A stretch of 64,000 bases of DNA from an uncultured delta proteobacterium. GTDB taxonomy: Bacteria > Desulfobacterota > Binatia > HRBIN30 > BPIQ01. The DNA lies in contig CAVXGR010000015.1 in assembly GCA_963761335.1 (NCBI GenBank), forward strand, positions 192,001 to 256,000, read 5' to 3'. The notes below the pieces were generated by a model. The model worked only from the letters and a program-made list of their open reading frames with translations. It made no database searches and was not told the origin of the DNA. Position numbers and translations under genes: made by a program. Positions 18,248 through 27,645 of this stretch are shown in pieces. Within the stretch, counting starts at the first letter, position 1, and each line of letters opens with the position of its first letter.

Positions 18248-20728
18248 CTACGGCACCCGCGGCGAAGAGTCGTAGTGGAAACCCAGGTCCACGGGTCCGC
18301 TGTCGCGTTCGCCGTCCGCGGTGGTGGAGCCGGAGATGCCGAAGTACTCCGCGGTGTCCGACCCCGCATCGATCGCCGGGCTTTCGGGGCGCAGGCGGAA
18401 GTCGTCATCTTCGGCGCCGTCGCCTCCGAGCACGCCGTCGGCGCCGCTGGCATTGACGAATTGCGGACCTTATCCCCACACCCCAGCTGCGCTCGATCTG
18501 CTCGCCCTCGATGAGGGCCGAGAGATAATGGCGCGTAGTACCGAATGAGGTGAACTCGGCACCGATCAGCGCGAGCCGAGAACGGCGTTGCCTTGGATCG
18601 TCAATGCGGTTGTCGAATACGCGAGAATTCCCGCGCCGCCGCTCGCCTGGAGATGGTTGTCGCGAATTTGGACCTGCTTGGCCGGTCGAGGCCCCGGTTG
18701 CGCGGCGCTGTGGTTCATGATCGCCGCCAACAACGAGGCGACGGAGATGCGGCCGTGATGATTGGGTCCCAGCGCCGAGCAGTCACCGGCGACGTCGTCG
18801 ACAAAGAGCCGGTCCATTGCCCGTTCGATCTCTTCGGCGGTCACGATGCCGTCTCGATCGCAGTCCCCGAGGAGGATGGCCTCGCCCGCGACATTGATTA
18901 CATCGTTGCCGCTGCCGGAGACATCGTTGTTGCCGATATCGACGAGGTCGGTGTTGCGCACGAGCAAGCCGTAACGCGCCGGATCGGCGATCTGGTTGTT
19001 GGAGAGTGTGGCGCTGCGGGCTCCTTTGATGGTGATCGCAGTGTCGCCGCCGGTCACGACGTTGTCCTCGATGCGCGCCGTCGAAACGCCCTGGTCGAGC
19101 CGCACGCTGATACCATCGCCGGCCGGCTGCAGCACCTGATTCGCTGTGATCTCCGCCGATCCCAGCGTCTGCACCGAGATGCCATTGCCGGTTGGACTGT
19201 CGATGCGGTTGTCGGCAATCGCGGCGTCGGTGGCCGATGTGGTGTCTCTGACCGAGATCCCCCGACCCGAGCTGAAATGATTGGCGTTGAAGCGAACGGA
19301 CCCCTGGCGATGCCCAGACGCGTTCACGTAGAACAGCCCGGCGCCGGGTCCCTCGAGGTCGTTGTTGGTTGCCACGGCATCTGCCGCACTGATCGAAAGC
19401 GGCGCGGTTCCCCCCTCGACCTGGTTGCCGCTGACGATGACGCTATCGCCTCGCAGGGTAACCGCTCCGACCAGAAGAAGGCGGTTGCTGTCCAGGGTGA
19501 TTTGCGGGGCAATGATCCTGAGCCCCCGCGATCCGCCCTCGAATTGGTTGTCGGCGAGGTAGGCGCTGGCGGTGCCCACTATCTCCAGGCGAACGTAGCT
19601 GCTGATGAGGTTGCGGCGCAGGGTGAGGTTCCCGACGCTCACGACACTCTGCAGAACGCGGCTATCGCGAACCTCGTTGTCCTCTGCGGTGACGGCGCCG
19701 TAGACGGAGCCGGGCAGAACCCCGCCGGACAGGCCAGACATCTGGTTGCGCGCGATCAACAGGGCATCGCCGGCACGTCCCCAGATGCCGCTGCGGCAGC
19801 TCTCGACCACATTGTCGGTCACCGCGACGTTCGTGGGTCCGTCCACCAGAGATACGGCGTTGGTGCAGTTGCGCATCGAGTTTCGGGCGACGACGAGGTC
19901 GCCGCCCCCCTCCATTTTCACGCCGGTGGTTCCGCCCTCGAAGGTATTGTCCTCGAAATGCCCCCGGCGCGCCGGGGACGTCAGGATTCCCCAGGTATTC
20001 CCTGTGAGTCGATTGCCGCTCACGGTGGCGTCGGTGGTCGGCTTCGCCGTGCCGCGCAGGCGGACGCCGCTGAGATCGTTGTCGCTCGCCTCGTTGTTCA
20101 TGATGACGACGCGCTCCACCTCGTGCATATCGATGCCACGCCGGCAGTTTTGCAGCACGTTGCCGATGATGGTGATGTCGGCGCTGGAGCCGCCGGTCTG
20201 TGCCGACGGGCGCACCTGGATGCCGGCATCGACGGCGCCGATGACGGTGAAACCTTCGATGTGCACGTGGTGCTTGCCGAAGACGATGAAGCCGGTGGTC
20301 TCGTCCACGCGGCTGTCGTCGGGTCGAACCACGACCGGCCCCGCTGGATCACCGGTCAATGCGCCGCTGGTATCTCCGATGAACGCGATGGGCTCGCCGG
20401 CGTCACCGCTTCGGCGCGGTTCGATGTTGCCTTCGAAGTACTCGCCTGATCCAACGACCACCCGGTCGCCGGGGTTCAACAGAAAACGGCCGGCGTATCG
20501 GATCGACTGGAAGGCGGTGTCCGGTGTGAGCCCGTCGTTGGCGTCGTTGCCGCTGGTCCGCACGAAGAACGTGGTGGCCGCGGCAGCTCGCGTGTTCCCA
20601 AAGCCGATTCCCGTGCTGCACAAGAGAAGTGCGTTGAGGATGTACGGCCACTGCCGTCCTTTGGCCAAATCCAATTCCCTGATCCCTCGTCCATTTTGGG
20701 GTCTACTGCCGCTGCACGGTTCTTTCAA
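18248..20728 (-). pseudogene. Secreted right-handed beta-helix protein with dockerin-like motif, interrupted near the C-terminus
   Basis: FFVRTSGNDANDGLTPDTAFQSI, PbH1-like N/G repeats, GDCDRDG; stops at 18566 and 18470; same-frame tail PQFVNASGADG...DFRL..SPAIDAG...DLGFHY. Confidence 0.7.
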
Positions 20729-20802
20729 TGAAATTTTCTGCGCGGCACCTCGATCGTGAACGATCTGGCCGTTGCACGCGCGCGACGCCGGCGGGCGTTG
20801 AA

Positions 20803-20852
20803 GTAGAAGCGCCGTCCCGGCGCTTTCCGAAGCGGCGAGACGCCGCTTCTAC
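20803..20852. repeat. GTAG-type REP doublet (second copy at 44090-44139)
   Basis: GTAGAAGCGCCGTCyCGGCGCTT...AAGCGGCGAGACGCCGCTTCTAC at both loci. Confidence 0.75.
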
Positions 20853-20877
20853 TCGGGATACGAGGTCGCGCCCGACC

Positions 20878-21876
20878 TCACAGAACCGCTTCGGCGAGCA
20901 TGCGCAGTGCCGCGGGGTCGCGGGTGCCGCAGAGCAGCGTGGTGACGAAGGTCTGGCGCCACGCTTGGATGCGGTCGCGGATGCGAGCCGCCGATCCGGA
21001 GAGCGATATCTCGTCGGCGAGCTCGTCGGGAACCGCGGCTGCGGCCTCGGCCCGCTTGCCGTCGGCGAACAGCGCCTGCACCTTGTCCACGGCTTCCTCG
21101 AACCCCATGCGCACCAGGAGGTTGGCGTGGAAGTTCTTGCTGCGCGCGCCCATGCCGCCGATGTAGAACGCCAGCATCCACTTGATCGGCACGAGCGCCT
21201 GCTCGAGGTCGTCGTTGATCGACACGGTCACGGTGCAGGCGATGTCGAAGCCGGGCTTCCGGTGTTGCAGGGACTCCGCGTAGATGTCGGTGCGGAAGGG
21301 CGAGATGAAGAGCGGCAGCCAGCCGTCGGCGATCTCCGCCGCCATGGCGACGTTCTTGGGGCCCTCGGCGCCGAGATAGATCGGCACCTCGGCGCGTCGT
21401 GGGCGCATGATCAGCTTGAGCGGCTTGCCGAGACCGGTGCCGCCCTGGAGCGGCAGCTGGTAGTGCTGGCCGCGGTAGGTGAATGGCCCCTCGCGGCGCA
21501 GGATGCCGCGCACGATCTCCACGTACTCCCGGGTTCGCGCCATGGGTCGGGGAAACGGCTGACCGTACCAGCCCTCGACCACCTGCGGCCCGGAGACGCC
21601 GAGGCCGAGCATGAGGCGGCCGCCGGAGAGATGGTCGATGGTGGCCGCCGTCATTGCCGTACACGCCGGGGTGCGCGCCGAGATCTGCACGATGCCGGTG
21701 CCGAGCTTGATGCGCGAGGTGCGCGCCCCCATCCAGCAGAGCGGTGAGAAGGCGTCGGAGCCGTACGCTTCGGCCGTCCACACGGAGTCGAACCCCAGCC
21801 GCTCCGCCTCGAGCACGAGCTCGATCGGATCCTCCGGACCCGACATCCAGTATCCAAGCACGAGGCCGAGACGCAT
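20878..21876 (-). CDS. LLM-class (probably F420-dependent) oxidoreductase
   Basis: AERLGFDSVWTAEAYGSDA, SGGRLMLGLGVSGPQVVEGWYG, GPKNV; SD GGAGG. Confidence 0.9.
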   Translation of the reverse strand: MRLGLVLGYWMSGPEDPIELVLEAERLGFDSVWTAEAYGSDAFSPLCWMGARTSRIKLGTGIVQISARTPACTAMTAATIDHLSGGRLMLGLGVSGPQVVEGWYGQPFPRPMARTREYVEIVRGILRREGPFTYRGQHYQLPLQGGTGLGKPLKLIMRPRRAEVPIYLGAEGPKNVAMAAEIADGWLPLFISPFRTDIYAESLQHRKPGFDIACTVTVSINDDLEQALVPIKWMLAFYIGGMGARSKNFHANLLVRMGFEEAVDKVQALFADGKRAEAAAAVPDELADEISLSGSAARIRDRIQAWRQTFVTTLLCGTRDPAALRMLAEAVL

Positions 21877-21955
21877 TCTCCCTCCTTTTGCAGCGCTGTT
21901 TGTCTCCGAGTTGACGGGCACATGCAAGGGCGGGAGGGCGAAGCTCTGTTCTCCA

Positions 21956-22118
21956 TCTCATTCTCCATTCTCATCCCCGGTCCTCATCCCGTCGTTCTCC
22001 ATTCGCTCTGACAGCCGCGACCACCCCGAAGCCGACGGGTCTCAACGCGGCTCGCAGAAAGATGGAAAACGACGGGATGAGAACCGGGGATGAGAACCGG
22101 GGATGAGAATAAAGAATG
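21956..22118. repeat. Intergenic inverted repeat with tandem GGGATGAGAACCG units
   Basis: ATTCTCATCCCCGGTCCTCATCCCGTCGTT pairs with AACGACGGGATGAGAACCGGGGATGAGAA. Confidence 0.6.
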
Positions 22119-22240
22119 AAGGGCCCTGCAGCCGGACGTGCAGTGGATGATCGACCCCGGGGCGCAGCGGCAAGCGCCGGACGCCGTGGTGCTGCTGCTG
22201 CGCACCGAGATCACTTTCTGAGCGGAGCCGCTCGCTTGGC

Positions 22241-23875
22241 TTGTCGCGGCGGCGGCGGTATGAACGGGACTTGGCGGAGGTCGAGGTGCAGAGCGAAGAG
22301 TTCTCGGAGGAAGAGCGCCACGCCCTGGCGCCGTACTTCACCAATGTCGATCGCCCGGTGTTCGCCCTGCGCAACCTGCCGGAGGTGGTGAAGGGAGCCC
22401 TCTTCGCCCGCTACTCGCGTTCGGCGAAGTCGCTGCGCCGTCTCTTTCTCGACGAGTTTCTCGATCAGGTCGACAGCCGTGCGGCGCTCTCCGAGGTCGG
22501 TTTGGCGCGCGCCGAAAAGCTCTACGAGCGCGTGCTCAGCGAGTACGGGGACGATTCGGTGGCGCAGCTCGGCGGCGCCCATGTCGCCTGCGAGGGTGTT
22601 TCCAATATCCTCACCAAGGTGCTCGAATGGGGCCGGCTGCTCGCCTATCTCGAGCAGTCGACCCGCTACGTCTCCTATGCGGATCGCCCGGGCGGCCGCT
22701 GGAAGTATCTGGTCCCCGATGAGGTGCGGCTCTCTCCGGTGCGCGAGCGTTACGTCGCGGCGCTCGACCGCGCCTTCGAGGTTTACGCCGGCTGGCTGGC
22801 GCCGATGGAAGCCCACTACCGGGAGCGCATCCCGCCGTCCGCGGGCGATTCTCCCGCGGTCTACAAACGGACGATCCGCGCCAAGGCGCTCGATGCGCTA
22901 CGGGGTCTGCTGCCGGCGGCGACGCAGTCGAACCTCGGCATCTTCGGCTCGGGGCAGGGCTTCGAGGCGCTGCTCCTGCGGCTGCGCGCCCACCCGCTGG
23001 CCGAGGCGCGCCTCTATGGCGAGCAGATCCTGGCCGAGCTGCGCCAGGTGATTCCCGCGTTTCTGCGGCGGGTCGAGCGCCCCGAACGCGGCGGCGTATG
23101 GAGCGAGTACCTGGCGCAGACGCGCGCCGCGACGGCTGCGCGCGCCGCAGAGATGCTGGCGGCGGTCGAGCCGGAGGATCGCCCCGAGGTGGTGCTCACC
23201 GAGTTCGATCCCGAGGGAGAGACCAAGGTGGTGGCCGCAGCGCTCTATGCCGTGTCCGACCTCCCGGACGACCAGCTGCTCGAGATGGCGCGGCACATGT
23301 CGGCGGGGCAGCGCGACGCGGTGCTGCGCGCCTATGTCGGTGAGCGCCGCAACCGCCGCCACAAGCCCGGGCGCGCCTTCGAGCGCACCAGCTATCGCTT
23401 CGACGTGCTCACCGACTACGGCGCCTTCCGCGATCTGCAGCGCCATCGCCTGCTCACCATCGAGTGGCAGCGCCTCTCGTTGCGCCACGGCTACGCGGTC
23501 TCCGAGGTGGTCCGCGAGGCGGGCGCCCTCGACGACTGGCGGCGGGTGATGGACGAATGCGCCGCGGTGGTCGAGGCCCTGCGCGCCGAAGGGCTGGCGG
23601 AGGCGGCGGCATACGCCGTGCCGATGGCCTACCGGGTGCGCTTCTACATGGAGCTCAACGCCCGCGAGGCCATGCACATGATCGAGCTGCGCACGGCGCC
23701 ACAGGGGCATCCCGCCTATCGCCGCGTCTGCCAGCAGATGCACACGCTGATCGCCGAGGGGGCGGGACACCGGGCATTGGCGGCGGCAATGAGCTTCGCC
23801 GACCACAGCGAGGGCGAGAGCGGCCGCCTCGAGTCGGAGCGCGCCAGCGAGCGCCGGCGCCGGCAATCGAGCTAA
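22241..23875 (+). CDS. thyX: FAD-dependent thymidylate synthase, tandem-domain type; start uncertain
   Basis: ALFARYSRS, YGDDSVAQL, EQSTRY, FRDLQRHR, ELRTAPQGHPAYR. Confidence 0.85.
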   Translation: MSRRRRYERDLAEVEVQSEEFSEEERHALAPYFTNVDRPVFALRNLPEVVKGALFARYSRSAKSLRRLFLDEFLDQVDSRAALSEVGLARAEKLYERVLSEYGDDSVAQLGGAHVACEGVSNILTKVLEWGRLLAYLEQSTRYVSYADRPGGRWKYLVPDEVRLSPVRERYVAALDRAFEVYAGWLAPMEAHYRERIPPSAGDSPAVYKRTIRAKALDALRGLLPAATQSNLGIFGSGQGFEALLLRLRAHPLAEARLYGEQILAELRQVIPAFLRRVERPERGGVWSEYLAQTRAATAARAAEMLAAVEPEDRPEVVLTEFDPEGETKVVAAALYAVSDLPDDQLLEMARHMSAGQRDAVLRAYVGERRNRRHKPGRAFERTSYRFDVLTDYGAFRDLQRHRLLTIEWQRLSLRHGYAVSEVVREAGALDDWRRVMDECAAVVEALRAEGLAEAAAYAVPMAYRVRFYMELNAREAMHMIELRTAPQGHPAYRRVCQQMHTLIAEGAGHRALAAAMSFADHSEGESGRLESERASERRRRQSS

Positions 23876-23880
23876 CCCGC

Positions 23881-23950
23881 TGGGAGCGCGATCAGCTTGG
23901 CTGTCTCCGCCGCTTGACAGCGACTTGCGGCCGGGACGGCGGCGCTCCCA
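23881..23950. repeat. TGGGAG-type REP; related copies near 5089, 14681, 31205, 33714, 44050, 61906
   Basis: TGGGAGCGCGGCCrTCCyGGCCGC and inverse ACTTGCGGCCGGGACGGCsGCGCTCCC recur in intergenic spaces. Confidence 0.7.
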
Positions 23951-24101
23951 GATGCCCTGCGCGGACTTCCCGGCGTTGATCCAAGCCGCGACGAGCTCGG
24001 GCGCCGGCGCCGGCGCTCTTTCCTACAACCCGCCCGCAATCTTTTCATTGCCGCGAGCGATCCCGCACGCGTATCGCCCTGCCGAGCCTGTTCCGCCTCC
24101 G

Positions 24102-24116
24102 TGGCACGCCGGTTGC
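24102..24116 (+). promoter_or_regulatory. Sigma54 -24/-12 promoter
   Basis: TGGCACGCCGGTTGC matches TGGCAC-N5-TTGC exactly, upstream of the ASRT operon. Confidence 0.75.
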
Positions 24117-24255
24117 GGTTCCAGTCGCGCGTGCCGCTAGCGTTCGACTGACGAGAGCGGAGCATTCGTCGCACTCGCGCCGACCGAACGCGGCGGACGG
24201 ATGCCCGGCGGTCGGCGATTCGTCGGCCGCAACTCTAATCCAGGAGGTTCCCGTC

Positions 24256-24630
24256 ATGAACGACGCGATCGGCCGCAGACGTTGGGCGATCTCGGAAGGC
24301 TACATACCGCAAAGCAGCAACGGGCCCGAGCCCGAGATGTTGAGCCACGAGACGGTCTGTCTGCTCAACAGCAGTGATTGCGACGCGCACGTCGAGATCC
24401 AGATATTCTTCTCCGACCGCGATCCGATCGGACCCTATCGAGTGACCGTGCCGGCGCGTCGCACGCGCCACGTGCGCTTCAACGATCTGCGTGATCCGCA
24501 ACCCGTCCCGGTGGCGACGGATTTCGCCAGCCTGATCGAGTGCGACGTCCCGATCGTCGTGCAGCACACGCGCCTCGACTCGCGCCAGGCGGAGAACGCG
24601 CTGCTCAGCACCATCGCCTACGCGGAGTGA
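24256..24630 (+). CDS. Anabaena sensory rhodopsin transducer (ASRT) family protein
   Basis: IGRRRWAISEGYIP, SHETVCLLN, VPARRTRHVRFNDL, PIVVQHTRLDSRQAENALLSTIAY. Confidence 0.9.
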   Translation: MNDAIGRRRWAISEGYIPQSSNGPEPEMLSHETVCLLNSSDCDAHVEIQIFFSDRDPIGPYRVTVPARRTRHVRFNDLRDPQPVPVATDFASLIECDVPIVVQHTRLDSRQAENALLSTIAYAE

Positions 24631-24679
24631 CGAGTCGTCCGGGAAGAAACGTGAAGTCGATTTCGAAAGGAGGAAGGCA

Positions 24680-26464
24680 ATGAGCGGGTTGGTGAGCGAC
24701 TTTCTCATCGAGCGTCTGAAGGAGTGGGACATTCACCGCATCTACGGATACGCCGGCGACGGCATCAACGGCATCATGGGTGCTCTTGGACGCTCCGACG
24801 GAGATCCCGAGTTCATTCAGGTTCGCCACGAGGAGATGGCGGCCTTCATGGCGTGCGGCCACGCCAAGTTCACCGGCGACGTCGGCGTCTGCCTGGCGAC
24901 CTCCGGCCCCGGCGCCGTCCACCTGTTGAACGGCCTCTACGACGCCAAGCTCGACCACCAGCCGGTGCTTGCCATCGTCGGCCAGCAGCCGCGCACGGCC
25001 CTGGGCGGCGACTACCAGCAGGAGATCGACCTGCAGACACTCTTCAAGGACGTCGCACACGAGTACGTCCATACCGTCAACACGCCCGAGCAGCTGCCCG
25101 CTCTGATCGACCGCGCCGTCCGCATCGCGCGCGCCGAGCGCACGGTCACCTGCCTGATCTTCCCCGCCGACGTGCAGGAGCTGAAGGCGGTCGAGGACAC
25201 ACCGCACGAGTTCAAGGTCACTCCCGGCGGGCTCGGCTACCACCAGCCGCGCATCGTCCCGAGCGACGGCGAGCTGCGGCGCGCCGCGGCGGTGCTGAAC
25301 GCCGGCGACCGCGTCGCCATTCTCGCCGGCCAGGGCGCGCGGCGGGCGGCACACGAGGTCGAGGAGGTGGCGGACCGGCTCGGTGCCGGCATCGCCAAGG
25401 CGTTGCTCGGCAAGGACGTCCTCCCCGACGGCCTGCCCTTCGTCACCGGATCGATCGGCCTGCTCGGCACACGCCCGAGCTACGAGATGATGATGGGCTG
25501 CGACACCCTGCTGATGGTCGGCTCGAGCTTTCCGTACTCGCAGTTCCTGCCGCCCTACGGGCAGGCGCGCGGCGTGCAGATCGACATCGACGGCAAGATG
25601 ATCGGCATCCGCTATCCGATGGAGGTCAACCTCGTCGGCGATGCCCAGCAGACCCTGGCGGCTCTGCTCCCGATGCTGGAGCGTAAGCGCGATCGCTCCT
25701 GGCGGGTGAAGATCGAGGAGACGGTCGAGGACTGGTGGAAGGTGGTCGAGGCGCGCGCCATGAACGACGCCAAGCCGATCAATCCGCAGCGCCTCTTCTG
25801 GGAGCTCTCGCCGCGCCTGCCGGAGAACTGCATCCTCACCTGCGACTCGGGATCGTCGGCGAACTGGTACGCGCGCGACCTCAAGATCCGCCCCGGCATG
25901 CGCGCCTCGCTCTCCGGCACCCTGGCGACGATGGGCCCGGGGGTTCCGTATGCCATCGCCGCCAAGTTTGCCCACCCCGACCGCGTCGTCATCGCGCTGG
26001 TCGGCGACGGCGCGATGCAGATGAACGGCATGAACGAGATCCTCACCATCGGGAAGTACTGGAAGCGATGGTCCGATCCGCGCCTGATCGTCACCGTGCT
26101 GCACAACAACGACCTGAGCCAGGTCACCTGGGAGATGCGCGCCATGGAGGGCGATCCCAAGTTCGAGGCCTCGCAGAACATTCCCGATTTCAACTACGCC
26201 CGCTATGCGGAGCTCGCCGGCCTGAAGGGCATCCGCGTCGAGGAGCCGGGTGACGTGGCGTCGGCGTGGGAGGAGGCGCTCAGCGCCGACCGGCCGGTGG
26301 TGCTCGACGCGCTCACCGATCCCAACGTACCGCCGCTGCCGCCACACATCAGCTTCGACCAGGCGAAGGCGATGATGGAATCGGTGCTGAAGGGCGACCC
26401 GGACGCCGGCGACATCATCCGCCAGTCGTTCCGCGGCAAGATCGAAGAATTTCTGCACCACTGA
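24680..26464 (+). CDS. TPP-requiring enzyme (pyruvate oxidase/dehydrogenase-like)
   Basis: GYAGDGIN, RHEEMAAFMA, TSGPG, GDGAMQMNG..LHNND. Confidence 0.92.
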   Translation: MSGLVSDFLIERLKEWDIHRIYGYAGDGINGIMGALGRSDGDPEFIQVRHEEMAAFMACGHAKFTGDVGVCLATSGPGAVHLLNGLYDAKLDHQPVLAIVGQQPRTALGGDYQQEIDLQTLFKDVAHEYVHTVNTPEQLPALIDRAVRIARAERTVTCLIFPADVQELKAVEDTPHEFKVTPGGLGYHQPRIVPSDGELRRAAAVLNAGDRVAILAGQGARRAAHEVEEVADRLGAGIAKALLGKDVLPDGLPFVTGSIGLLGTRPSYEMMMGCDTLLMVGSSFPYSQFLPPYGQARGVQIDIDGKMIGIRYPMEVNLVGDAQQTLAALLPMLERKRDRSWRVKIEETVEDWWKVVEARAMNDAKPINPQRLFWELSPRLPENCILTCDSGSSANWYARDLKIRPGMRASLSGTLATMGPGVPYAIAAKFAHPDRVVIALVGDGAMQMNGMNEILTIGKYWKRWSDPRLIVTVLHNNDLSQVTWEMRAMEGDPKFEASQNIPDFNYARYAELAGLKGIRVEEPGDVASAWEEALSADRPVVLDALTDPNVPPLPPHISFDQAKAMMESVLKGDPDAGDIIRQSFRGKIEEFLHH

Positions 26465-26475
26465 GGGACGCGGAG

Positions 26476-27585
26476 ATGAAACGCCCCGACGCCGTCATAG
26501 GAGACCTGTCCGTCTCCGCGTACACGATCCCCACCGATGCCCCCGAGTCGGACGGCACCCTCGAGTGGGAGTCGACGACCGTCGTCGTCGTTGAGGCAAG
26601 CGGCGGCGACGAGACGGGGACGGGATACAGCTACACGCATCGCGCCGCTGCCGAGCTGATCGCCGACGAGCTGCGCGGCGTGGTCGTGGGACGCGACGCG
26701 TTCGGCGTCGACGACTGCTGGGAGGCGATGGTGCACGCCTGCCGCAACCTCGGCCGGCCGGGGCTGGTGTCGAACGCGATCAGCGCCGTCGATTTCGCGC
26801 TCTGGGATCTGAAGGCGCACCTGCTCGACATCTCCATGGTGGATCTGCTCGGTGCGGTGCGCCCGTCGGTCCCCGTCTACGGCAGCGGTGGCTTCACGTC
26901 CTACTCGCTTGCCCGCCTGCGCGAGCAGCTCGGCGGCTGGGTCGAGGAGGGAATCGGGGCGGTGAAGATGAAGGTCGGACGCCAGCCGGCGGCGGACCCC
27001 GAGCGGGTGCGAACGGCGCGCGAGGCGATCGGCGACGAGGCGCGCCTGTTCGTCGACGCCAACGGCGCCTATACGCGCAAGCAGGCTCTGGCGATGGCGT
27101 CCTGCTTCCGCGAGCAGGGCGTGGGCTGGTTCGAGGAGCCGGTATCGTCCGACGATCTCTGCGGCCTGCACCTCATTCGTGACCGCGCGCCTTCGGGCAT
27201 GCAGGTGGCCGCCGGCGAGTATGGCTACGACCTCCCCTACTTCCGCCACATGCTCGACGCGGGCGCGGTCGACGTCCTGCAAGCGGACGCCACGCGCTGT
27301 GGCGGTATCACGGGATTTCTCGCCGTCGGCGCGCTGTGCCGGGCCCGCTCGATGCCCCTCTCGGCGCACACCGCCCCCACTCTGCACGCGCACCTCGGCT
27401 GCGCCGTCATGCCGATGCGCCACGTCGAGTACTTCCACGACCACGTGCGCATCGAGCGCATGCTCTTCGACGGCGCGCTCGGCGTCGAGAATGGCGCGCT
27501 CACCCCCGACCGTTCCCGCCCCGGTCTCGGTCTGACTCTCCAGCGCGAGGACGCTGCGCGCTGGGAAGTGTTCCGCAGCCACTGA
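26476..27585 (+). CDS. Mandelate racemase/enolase-superfamily protein
   Basis: KMKVG, FVDANGAY, WFEEP, AGEYGY, SAH, EYFHDHVRIE. Confidence 0.9.
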   Translation: MKRPDAVIGDLSVSAYTIPTDAPESDGTLEWESTTVVVVEASGGDETGTGYSYTHRAAAELIADELRGVVVGRDAFGVDDCWEAMVHACRNLGRPGLVSNAISAVDFALWDLKAHLLDISMVDLLGAVRPSVPVYGSGGFTSYSLARLREQLGGWVEEGIGAVKMKVGRQPAADPERVRTAREAIGDEARLFVDANGAYTRKQALAMASCFREQGVGWFEEPVSSDDLCGLHLIRDRAPSGMQVAAGEYGYDLPYFRHMLDAGAVDVLQADATRCGGITGFLAVGALCRARSMPLSAHTAPTLHAHLGCAVMPMRHVEYFHDHVRIERMLFDGALGVENGALTPDRSRPGLGLTLQREDAARWEVFRSH

Positions 27586-27645
27586 GGAGCGCTTCCGCGG
27601 CGAGGAACCACATTGTCGGCGATAGCGAAAGGAGGGAATCGACCC

